From Eledone cirrhosa (taxonomy: Eukaryota), in contig OZ024743.1 of the NCBI GenBank assembly GCA_964016885.1, positions 80,414,001-80,478,000 of the forward strand: a DNA stretch of 64,000 nucleotides. The letters run 5' to 3'. Position 1 is the stretch's first letter, and each line of letters begins with the position of its first letter. Under the pieces are notes generated by a model that did not search any database, was not told the origin of the DNA, and saw only the letters and a program-made list of their open reading frames with translations. The position numbers and the translations under genes were made by a program. This document shows, in pieces, positions 1-11,719 of this stretch.

Positions 1-62
1 ATTAAATAAATATATATATATATATATATATACACATACACACCACACATATTTTATATATA

Positions 63-625
63 TATATATGTAGAAGTTATATGTAATTTGTTGGGATACA
101 ACAAGCAAATATTTTTATAACTGATATAAAGCACTCAACAAATTTTTGGAGTAAAAACACAATATATTAACAAATGGAAACTATATTTATAAAACCATAT
201 TTATTTCATTATACATATTTCAAAGACACCAAAGCAAATTATGGCGCGCTTTCATCATATAAAATATAATATAGATCAATTTTATAAACAAATATTGACA
301 TACACTTAAAGAATGCGACCATGTCGGTTGGAAGCTCCCGGATAGCTCACTATCCGGGAGCTTCCAACCGCATTCTTTAAGGGTATGTCAATATTTGTTT
401 ATAAAATTGATCTATATTATATTTTATATGATGAAAGCGCACCATAATTTGCTTTGGTGTCCTTGAAATATGTATAATGAAATAAATATGGTTTTATAAA
501 TATAGTTTCCATTTGTTAATATATTGTATTTTTACTCCAAAAATTTGTTGAGTGCTTTATATCAGTTATAAAAATATTTGGTTGTTGTATCCCAACAAAT
601 TAAATATAACTTCTACATATATATA
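63..625. mobile_element. Fold-back PLE terminal fragment between (TA)n tracts
   Basis: Near-perfect inverted arms about 280 bp long, apex near 348-351 (ggatag-ctca-ctatcc). Right arm resembles the PLE 3' end at 33860-34140. Decayed hammerhead core (ATGATGA...GAAA) and ACTC..GAGTGC at 534-555. Confidence 0.8.
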
Positions 626-663
626 TATATGAGAGAGAGATTAGGCGAGAGTATATGTATGTA

Positions 664-732
<69 letters not shown>

Positions 733-742
<10 letters not shown>

Positions 743-1296
743 AGTCGTTTGGAAGCCTCGACAATGCAAATGGGTAAATCTCCGGGTAACAAGGTCCGGT
801 GGTGGAGAGAGAGATATGTAAGTGGGTGTACGTTGAGATGCGTGGTGTGTATAAGATGTGTGAGATGTGTAGAATGAAGGGAAGAGTAAAATAATAAAAA
901 TAATAATAACAACACAAGAGAGAGAGTTACCTTGGGAGAGATTTAATAGTCCCTATATATTTCGGATTCACATCCATCAACTGTGGTTTTTTCCGGGGTG
1001 GGGAAAAGGTTGTCTGTCGGACAACTCGGAACGCGTCTTTCGCTGTTTGTTGATTTGAATATCTCTCTCTTGTGTTGTTATTATTATTTTTATTCTTTTA
1101 CTCTTCCCTTCATTCTACACATCTCACACATCTTATACACACCACGCATCTCAACGTACACCCACTTACATATCTCTCTCTCCACCACCGGACCTTGTTA
1201 CCCGGAGATTTACCCATTTGCATTGTCGAGGCTTCCAAACGACTTATAAATATTTACTTATTGTTCCACAATACTTCAAGCAAACTTCAATACTCT

Positions 1297-1299
<3 letters not shown>
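733..1299 (+). mobile_element. Fold-back element with spacer, (TA)n-flanked
   Basis: 733-926 is the reverse complement of 1062-1253. About 135 nt spacer and 45 nt unpaired 3' tail. Same architecture as the PLE fold-backs, but no clear hammerhead. Confidence 0.6.
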
Positions 1300-1385
<86 letters not shown>

Positions 1386-1414
1386 GAGAGAGAGATTGGG
1401 CGAGAGTGTATGTA

Positions 1415-1452
<38 letters not shown>

Positions 1453-2016
1453 AATGACCCATATAGAAAAGTAGATGAAGAAGGAAGCAATCAATAAGCC
1501 CTCCCTAATGAATTCACTACTAAATTGGTATTCCAGCTTTGTGAAATTTATACATACGTACACAGACCGAACCACACAATATATATATAAAGAGCGAGAG
1601 AGACAGGCACATACAGTAGTTATATTCACTTATATATGCGTGTGTGTGTGTATTTGAGAGAGAGAGAGAGAGTGAAAGAGAGAGAGAAAGGGAGAGAGAG
1701 AGGTAAAGAAAGATCGATTTGAAAATAGAATCGTTGTTACAAGTCATATATTTGACAAATTAAGATAGAGGAAATATCTGTCTCATACGTTCTATCCCTC
1801 TACACATCCTCTAACTTCCCAATCTCGTTCTCTAGCTTCTCTTAGTGAAGCGGAGAATTCCCAGAAACGTTAGAGCGTCGGTTAGACAACCTTGTGACAT
1901 CTTGTTCTCCTCATTGAGTTCAAATCTCTTTAAGGTCTCATCTCATCTGCCCTCCATTCTTTCAATCTTGCCTAATAATTACGAGTTCTATACTGGGGAC
2001 ATTTTTCTCTCCCCCA

Positions 2017-2121
<105 letters not shown>

Positions 2122-2204
2122 CATTCCCTCTTTCTCTCTCTTTCCATATACTCACACACACATATATATGATTATTATCTATCACATCTATATATATATA
2201 TATC

Positions 2205-2770
2205 TATGTGTATTTATTTCGTTTCTGAATTTGTTTAGCAAGATTCTTTATCTGAAATCGTGTGTTGAAACCGATATTGTTATACTTTGGGAGGGTCATG
2301 TTGCCAATAAGAAACACACGCACCAGTTGCTTTCACTTCAATTTAATTTAATATATATTTATAAATTTACAAATTTATAAATTTCTGGTTGGTTGGTTGG
2401 TTCCACAACCAGATAGTTGTTTATATATATATAGTCATAGTTCTTTCGTCACACACTCTGTGACCTCTTCAGTGACTGGGGATTTCTTTCTTCGTTTCTG
2501 TGCCTTTCCTGAAAATGGCGTAGGATAGAAGAAAGGAAAGGCACAGAAACGAAGAAAGAAATCCCCAGTCACTGAAGAGGTCATAGAGTGTGTGACGAAA
2601 GAACTATGACTATATATATATAAACAACTATCTGGTTGTGGAACCAACCAACCAACCAGAAATTTATAAATTTGTAAATTTATAAATATATATTAAATTA
2701 AATTGAAGTGAAAGCAACTGGTGCGTGTGTTTCTTATTGGCAACATGACCCTCCCAAAGTATAACAATAT
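2205..2770 (-). mobile_element. Fold-back PLE-derived element with a hammerhead in each arm
   Basis: Arms 2274-2510 and 2534-2770; unpaired tail 2205-2273. Same family as 46640-46895 and related to 3927-4330. Confidence 0.8.
2567..2611 (+). ncRNA. Minimal type-I hammerhead ribozyme (mirror copy 2433-2477, minus strand)
   Basis: AGTCA-CTGAAGA-GGTCATAGAGTGTGTGAC-GAAA-GAAC-TA-TGACT: 5-bp stem I, stem II, vestigial stem III, CUA triplet. Confidence 0.75.
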
Positions 2771-2786
2771 GTGTATTTATATATAT

Positions 2787-2935
2787 GAGTTCGGATCTAG
2801 CTGTCGAAACGGCTGGAGCTGAGCCGTCGGGGTCCTGACACTTTTCCTATTACCCACTCTACTACCCTAAGTATCGAGTACTCTGGCGCGTTATGGTCCA
2901 CTTGGTTCCTTGCCACACTTTCTTTGTTCATATTA
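2787..2935 (+). mobile_element. PLE-type 3' fragment with the 3' half of a hammerhead
   Basis: GAAA-CGGCT...AGCCG-TC-GGGG at 2806-2832 (full stem III, GUC triplet). ACTC..GAGTAC at 2856-2881. Same family as 53424-53640 and 61031-61147. Confidence 0.65.
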
Positions 2936-3023
2936 ATTTTATTCCCTTTATTTTAATGTCTTTCCACCACTCCCCCCCCCCCCCTCGCACCGTCTCGGAA
3001 CTCTTTTCCTTCCCACCTGTCTC

Positions 3024-3051
3024 CCGATGAAGGGTCTATGCCCGAAACGTC
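3024..3051 (+). ncRNA. Minimal hammerhead-like motif, decayed
   Basis: CCGATGA-AGGG-TCTATG-CCC-GAAA-CGTC. Stem I is not intact. Confidence 0.45.
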
Positions 3052-3132
3052 CTCCCCCCCCCCCCACTCTCAAGCGTGCACCTAAAACCAACACTGTTCG
3101 TACTTGACTCCTTGTTTTTGTTTTGTTCCTTG

Positions 3133-3190
<58 letters not shown>

Positions 3191-3194
<4 letters not shown>

Positions 3195-3547
3195 ATTAGG
3201 ATTGGTGCCCTGAAATAGCGATGTATACATGAATGTATGTATAGAATATTTGGCAATATACCGTATGTTTAATTAAAAACATTTAGAAGACTATACGCTA
3301 TCAGTTTTAAAGTAGTGACTATGTCACTTACTTCTTTTCGGTAAAAGAAAGGAGAAAAGTTGACAGTCTGTTTCACGCTGGTTGGCGTCCATCAGAGCCT
3401 CGCACTCCCCTGCTTCCGCCGAAAATTATAGAAGCTGGATTCTTATAGAATTCCAGTAATAATCAGGAGGTGATTATACAGAGCGATTGCCGGTCCAGCA
3501 AAAATTAGGTATTAGGATTGGTGCTCTGAAATAGCGATGTATACAAT
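3191..3547 (-). mobile_element. Small hammerhead-bearing element with a 37-bp terminal direct repeat (retrozyme/pLTR-like)
   Basis: 3193-3229 matches 3509-3545 with 1 mismatch. Minus-strand CTGATGG-ACGC..GCGT-GAAA-CAGACTG-TC at 3356-3400. (TA)n on both sides. Confidence 0.6.
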
Positions 3548-3565
3548 ATATATATATATATATAT

Positions 3566-3867
<302 letters not shown>

Positions 3868-3926
3868 GAAATGTATAGAGATTATTGTGAGCAAGAAGCC
3901 AACAGTATTTCATATATATATATATA

Positions 3927-4335
3927 TAATGTTATACTTGGAGAGGGTCATATTGTTGTAATAATATTGCCAGAATTAATAATAGAACATATTCACTGTT
4001 TGGTTGGTTTTCGCTTCTGTATCTTTATTATCAGTTAATTCATTATGTCCTCAATGTTTACCATTGACTGACCAACGGTCAAAAATACAGATATAATATA
4101 GATATAAACACATATATATAGTCTAACAAAGTTCTTTCGTTGCACATCTGCAACATCGTCAGTGGTACTATTATGTTCCACCTGTTGTATTGTATATTTA
4201 CGCTATCTTTCAGTGAGTGTGGTCTGTTATTAATTCTGGCAATATGATTACAACAATATGACCCTCCCCAAGTATAATAATATTTGTTTCGACACACGAT
4301 TTCATATAAAAAATCTCGCAAAACAAATATTTATA
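3927..4335. mobile_element. Older fold-back relative of the 2205-2770 family
   Basis: Diverged arms about 3927-4000 and 4210-4282. Minus-strand CTGACGA-TGTTGCAGATGTGCAAC-GAAA-GAAC at 4124-4167. Confidence 0.6.
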
Positions 4336-4380
<45 letters not shown>

Positions 4381-4414
4381 TCGTCCAGAGAGTGACACAA
4401 AATATATGTGTATG

Positions 4415-4492
<78 letters not shown>

Positions 4493-4819
4493 TAAACAGT
4501 GTCAATATAGCTTATATAAATGAGAGAGAAGTATTTATAGTAAACAACTAAATATCTTCATACAATAAAGTGTTTAAAACAATCCAAATATATTGTTCTT
4601 TTACGTATTATTGAGTTACCATTAACATTTCTGAAATATTTTAAACTGATAGATATAATATCTTAAGTCTAAATCTTGAAATCTGTGGGGAATCTACATT
4701 GAGAAATAAAGGGCTCTCGGGACTATTATTCGAGATAAACTAAATTATAGTTGTCTGTTTAAAGGCAGTAAGTATATAGACAATATTGCCACACACATAT
4801 ATCTATATATCTATGGATA

Positions 4820-5490
4820 TACACACATATATGTGCATGTCTATATACACACATATGTGCATGTCTATATATACATATATATGTGCATGTCTATATATAC
4901 ACATATACGTGCATGTTTATATATACACATATATGTGCATGTCTATATATACACATATATGTGCATGTCTATATATACATATATATGTGCATGTCTATAT
5001 ATACACATATACGTGCATGTCTATATATACACATATATGTGCATGTTTATATATACACATATATGTGCATGTCTATATATACACATATATGTGCATGTCT
5101 ATATATACACATATATGTGCATGTCTATATATACACATATACGTGCATGTTTATATATACACATATATGTGCATGTCTATATATACATATATATGTGCAT
5201 GTCTATATATACACATATATGTGCATGTCTATATATACATATATATGTGCATGTCTATATATACACATATACGTGCATGTCTATATATACACATATATGT
5301 GCATGTCTATATATACACATATATGTGCATGTCTATATATACACATATATGTGCATGTCTATATATACACATATATGTGCATGTCTATATATACATATAT
5401 ATGTGCATGTCTATATATACACATATATGTGCATGTCTATATATACACATATATGTACATGTTTATATATACACATATATGTGCATATGT
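4820..5490. repeat. 26-bp minisatellite
   Basis: Unit atatatacacatatatgtgcatgtct, about 25 copies. Explains the ORFs at 4786-5598. Confidence 0.95.
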
Positions 5491-5922
5491 ATATGCACAG
5501 TATTCTTAATACTTTTCATTCAATTTGGTAAATATATTCGTTTAATATCGTTTAGTTCATTCGCTCTTTCGCTTTTATATGTCATTCCTGGTTTGTAAAC
5601 TTAATCCGTTCTTGGACTTTTAAATATATCACCTGGCCCACGGGAATCTTTGGAAGATTCTAGGCTTTTAGAGGCCTTCATAACTTTCCATATTTCTTTA
5701 CCAAGCATCCACCTCTCATCTTTCAGCTGTTTTGAAAGTTCATCAAAGAAATATAATGGGAACCTCCCTTCCTTCTTTCTTAATTTTTTTCCGTTCCCTC
5801 ATTAGATTGTGGCCATTCTGGGGTACCACCTTGAAATAATGTCGACAAGATCGATCTCACCGTGTAATGTTCCAAGTTTGGTACATATTTGGTCAATCTA
5901 TGATTGTCGAATCTGTGAATTA

Positions 5923-7800
5923 CACAGTGTAATATATTTTTTGTTCCCCGGTTCTAAGTGTCATTTCCTGGTTTATTATATCACATTATTATAACAAAAA
6001 CACAAATATTTATCAAAAGTTTGGGTTTGTGGTCAGGAGTTTGATATTTCGAAATTTTCATATTTTTCAAGAAAAAACACATTTTTTTTAAATTTATCAG
6101 TTCATATAATTAAATCAACAGAGTATATATTTATTTTATTACACAACCTTATCAAAAGCAAACAAGTAAAAACAAATAACACTTATGAAGCAACTTATAC
6201 ACGTCAGAAATGACTGGATTTCCTGGATTTGCGGTTGTAGTCCAGGTCGCATTCCCGCACTAGCCCCCAGATATAGTCCCTCATGACTTTTTCATTGTAG
6301 TGGCCCTGGTACCTCCTCTCTATCTCTTTTACATCTTGGTGGAATCGTTCGCTTTGTTCTTCTGAGTAGGCGCCCATATTGTCCTTGAATTTTTCCAGGT
6401 GAGCGTCCAGTATATGGAGTTTAAGCGACATCCTGCATCCCATTGCGCCAAAAGCCTTTATCAGATCCTGCACCAGTTGCTGGTAGTTTTCAGCTCTGTA
6501 GTTTCACAGGAAACCCTTAACAACTGCCTTGAAACAGTTCGATGCTGTTCTCTCAATCCTACTGAGCTTATTGGAGAACTCAGTAGACTCAAACACCTTC
6601 TTTATCTGAGGTCCAACAAAAATTCCACCTTTGATTTTGGCCTCAGATAACTCAAGAAGGTACTTAACAGTGGCTGATTCTTGGTTGAGAGCCTTCACAA
6701 ACTGCTTCATCAACCCCAACTTAATGTGCAGTGGCGGCATGAGCACAATCCTGGGATCATCCAGTGGCTCCCACATGACGTTCCGGGTCCCAACTACAAA
6801 TTCTGTTCGCTGCTCCCAGTTCTTTCTTTTGTAGTGGTCAGAAGTGACTCTGCTGTCCCAAAGGCAGAGGAAGAATTGGAATTTGATAAAGCCTCATTGG
6901 AGTCCAAGCAGGAAGGCCACCATCTTGAAGTCTCTAATGATTTCCCAATTGTACTGGTTGTATTGCAGAGCTTCCAAGAGGACTTTCACACTGTAGTAAT
7001 CTTCCTTCAGGCAGACTGAATGAGCTAGGGGCAGTGTCGGGAACTTGTTTCCATTGTGGAGGAGGACAGCCTTCAAACTTGTGGTGAAGCTGTCTATAAA
7101 TAGCCGCCACTCCTTGGGCACAAACGGCACCCCAATAACGTCAAACAGTCCAGGCACGTCATGGCAGAAGCAGAGGCCATCCCTAAGAGTGTAAAAGCCT
7201 GAAAAAGGTTCGTGTCGACTTCTCTGACTTGTCACTTGCACTTCCTCCTTGACGAAGTTCCACTGCTTCATCCTGGAAACGAATAGCACTGCATTTGACT
7301 TGATCAGACCCGTATCCCTGACCAAGTCATTGACTTCTTTTTGGTTTGGGAAGTGAGGAACTTTTTCTGGTACCTCAGGCAGGTAAACCAAGTCCTCAAC
7401 ATCCATCTCCTCCTCTTCATCAGAATACTTGTCTTAGAAAATAAATTTGATATGCAATACAAAATAAATATTGGAAAGGGAAATACATACTTACACAACT
7501 TACCCTTTATTCAGGGTGCGAAAATCCAGTATCAATAAATCTCTTTAATCCACTTTTTAACAATTTTATACTTTATTGCACTTTTATAATTTTCTTTAGG
7601 TATTACTCTTTATTTTATAATTTTAATTTAACCTGACACATATATAAAAACATCATTTAACATAAGCAAATTAAACTTACATACAACGTAAAATCCAGCA
7701 TACAAATAATTCTAGTGAATAGCTTAGAATTTTTACAAACCCAAACTTTTAACTGTTTAATAGCACTTTTTTTATTTATTTGGGACCTAAACAACACAAA
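5923..7800 (-). mobile_element. Decayed DNA transposon, probably CMC-Chapaev3
   Basis: Terminus CACAGTGTAATATATTTTTTGTTCC at 5923 and a fragmented transposase. Superfamily assignment is from recall of Chapaev3 ends and motifs; the right end was not found. Confidence 0.7.
6204..7432 (-). pseudogene. Transposase pseudogene with frameshifts and stops
   Basis: Collinear pieces: WRLFIDS..SLKAVLLHNGN, DFKMVAFLLGLQ, MPPLHIKLGLMKQFVKAL, MSLKLHILDAHL, SEEQSERFHQD..RYQG. Possible short GT-AG intron at 7433-7494. Confidence 0.85.
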
Positions 7801-7802
7801 AA

Positions 7803-8490
7803 AGAAGACTTTCTAAAATATATACATACATGAAGACTTTCTAAAATATATACATACATGAAGACTTTCTAAAATATATACATACATGAAGACTTTCTAA
7901 AATATATACATACATGAGACTTTCTCAAATATATACATACATGAAGACTTTCTAAAATATATACATACACGAAGACTTTCTAAAATATATACGTACATGA
8001 AGACTTTCTAAAATATATACATACACGAAGACTTTCTAAAATATATACATACATGAAGACTTTCTAAAATATATACAAAAACGAAGACTTTCTAAAATAT
8101 ATACATACATGAAGACTTTCTAAAATATATACATACATGAAGACTTTCTAAAATATATACATACATGAAGACTTTCTAAAATATATACATACACGAAGAC
8201 TTTCTAAAATATATACATACATGAAGACTTTCTAAAATATATACATACACGAAGACTTTCTAAAATATATACATACATGAAGACTTTCTAAAATATATAC
8301 ATACATGAAGACTTTCTAAAATATATACATACATGAAGACTTTCTAAAATATATACATACATGAAGACTTTCTAAAATATATACACACACGAAGACTTTC
8401 TAAAATATATACATACACGAAGAGTTTCTAAAATATATATATACACGAAGACTTTCGAAAATATATACTTACATGAAGACTTTCTCAAAA
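7803..8490. repeat. 28-bp minisatellite
   Basis: Unit gaagactttctaaaatatatacatacat, about 24 copies. Confidence 0.95.
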
Positions 8491-8621
8491 TCTCCGTTTA
8501 CCAACTTTCAATAAAAGGGCACTGATCAAAGCGAGGCTATAGAAGACACTTGCACCAGCTGCCATGTGTCAGGTCGGAACCTGAAATCATGCACACTTAT
8601 ATAAGCATCCGAGTTTAGTCA

Positions 8622-9324
<703 letters not shown>

Positions 9325-9332
9325 ATATATAC

Positions 9333-10212
9333 ATACATACATACATACATACATACATACATACATACATACATACATACATGATATGATGGCTGCCCCC
9401 TCGTTATCGACTATGGCCATTGTACGATATACCATTATTAATAATTATTAATTAATTGTATCGTGGGGGTACCTGAGCGTACCCTGGGTGGTCATCCCCC
9501 CCTATTGGGGAATTTTTCTTGTATTTTTCTTGTTACTTTGTTATTGTTATTCATATTGTTTACTCGATTTTTCTGTAAAACCCCACTGTCCCAGTCTTTT
9601 GTATTGTCCTCTATATGTCGGCTCTTGTGGCCAATAAATGAAATTATTAATTAATTCTATCGTGCAATGCCTGTGCGTGAAGATATTTTTTTAAAGTGAG
9701 GAAAGACTGTGCACTGAGCCAATCCCACTATCTGAGCGACAGTAGCTATAACTCGAAAAGAAGAAAAGATTAATATAATCGGTAACTACTGAGCCGCAGG
9801 TTTTATATCAGAGTTATCCCAGTTTCCTGAGTTACCTTCTCCTAGAAGAATGCCCTGACAAAGTCTAGGGGTCCTTCACTCCCAGTGGTTTAACCGCGCA
9901 ATCGGGTGTCCAACCCGACTATTTCTATGTCCCCGCGCATATACATACACATGCACCCATGTATATACACATATATATTTACGTACATATGTACATGTGT
10001 ATATACATATTTACACACTTTTGGATGGCCGTTGACCCCTATGAGTTCTTCCGTCTTTGTCAGGTTTTTTTTTTTGTCCTGTAGGGTGTCGAAAATCACC
10101 CTCCTCGCCAAGTAAACTTAATGGGGTTGCCGGTTTAGTCGCCGACGACCCGACCATGCGACAGGTTGTACTGGGTTACATGTTACCAGTAGCACTCAAG
10201 GGTAACCCGACA
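9333..10212 (-). mobile_element. Second internally deleted RTE-like element, in tandem with the first
   Basis: 10022-10212 and 9797-9890 match 9055-9324. The 3' end ..GGCAGCCATC-(TATG)n lies at 9333-9400. Interrupted by a Tx1 fragment. Confidence 0.55.
9466..9641 (+). mobile_element. Tx1-like LINE 3' UTR fragment with target-site duplication
   Basis: Matches the reverse complement of 11461-11640. Flanked by aattattaattaatt(g/c)tatcgtg at 9443-9465 and 9642-9664. Confidence 0.85.
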
Positions 10213-10444
10213 TACATACATGCATACACACATACATACATTCATACACGCATACATACATACATACATACATACATACATACATACATACATACATACA
10301 TACATACATACATAGTTAACAGAATGAACCTAAATTTGACCAGTATAAATGTTTGATTTTCTGCAATATCATTACACGTTTGACATTTAGTTTTGAAGAT
10401 CTTATCTCTCAACCTTTAAATATATATATATATATATATATATA

Positions 10445-10480
<36 letters not shown>

Positions 10481-11261
10481 TGTGTGTGTGTGTGTGTGTA
10501 TTGTGTGCCTTTTTGTATGAATGTACAAGTATAAACATACATATACACTCACACACTCCTTCCTCATATGTAAACGCACACACTATATAAATACACACAC
10601 ACATTCACACATATATTGATAATCTCTCACTAACATCTACCATCATCGCATATAAACTGCAATGGCGAAAGAGTGTGAATATTATATATGATAGATATAA
10701 CTGAGCGATAATATAGTGATAATAATGTGAAATTCGATTAAATAGGCTGTTAGCAAAGTCACGTGTAGTGTAGGAACCTACTTTATTATTAATGCAGTTA
10801 TTGTTATAGACCGCTAGCTATATACATTGCTACGCTATCTCTCTTTGCTCTTCGTATCCAAAACGAGTTCCGATTCGTGAAAGTATTTTACTTAAAATGG
10901 CTGCCGTTAATAGTAGAAGCTACAATATCCGAACGACGTTTATATTGTTCGATAGCATTGTTGATTTCATTTAAATGACTTTAACCCTCAGGCTAAGCTA
11001 GCACAAATCGTGATTTGCTCAGAAATTGATCCATTCTCTCTGTTAAAATATATTAGAAAAAAAAAATAACAAATTCATCAATAAAAAATAATAAACAAAA
11101 TTAATAAAAATATAAGTATAAAAATGAAATAGTTAATGATATTAATGATGATATTGGTGATGATGATGATATTGGTGATGATGCTGATAACAATAGTGGT
11201 AAGAATAAATCTTTAATAATAATAATATTAACTATTGCGATAAGGAAGATAATAATAATAA

Positions 11262-11440
11262 TTGTTACTACTTTTGGCACAAGGCCAGCAAATAACCAGT
11301 ATATTACTGGTACTTTATTTTATCGACCCCGTAAAGATGAAAGGCAAAGTTAACCTCGGCGGGATTTGAACTCATACCATAAAGGGCCGTAACTCTATGC
11401 TGCAAAGCATGACGTCCGACCCTCTACTGATACTGCCAAT
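11262..11440 (-). mobile_element. tRNA-derived SINE, main family
   Basis: B box GAGTTCAAATCC, core GCCTTTCATC..GGGGTCGATAAAATAAAGTACCAG (Meta/MESC-like from recall) and (TTA)n tail. Confidence 0.85.
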
Positions 11441-11719
11441 CTATCAATAATAATAATAATGATTTCATTTATTGGCCACAAGGGCCGACATATAGGGGAC
11501 AACACAATAGACAGGGACAGTGGGGGTTTACATAGAGATCGAGTAAGTATAAATAACAAAAAAACAAAAACAAAATAACAATAAAAATACAACAATGAAA
11601 GTTCCCCAATAAGAGGGATCACCACCCAGGGTTGACTCAAGCACCCCACCAGTCCTGAGCCACCCGACGCTCCTAGGGCACCCGGGAAGGGCACCCCTCT
11701 CCTTCTCGAATTCACCAGC

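Noticed and set aside
63-625. Palindromes as assembly or amplification chimeras
   Set aside because: Most arm pairs differ by substitutions or indels and their boundaries follow a sequence motif. The perfect 3566-3667 palindrome still merits a read check.
5600-5900. Coding-looking minus-strand stretch
   Set aside because: Contains stop codons and no motif I can identify.
11350-11440. tRNA genes at A/B-box sites
   Set aside because: All are SINE heads without a cloverleaf.
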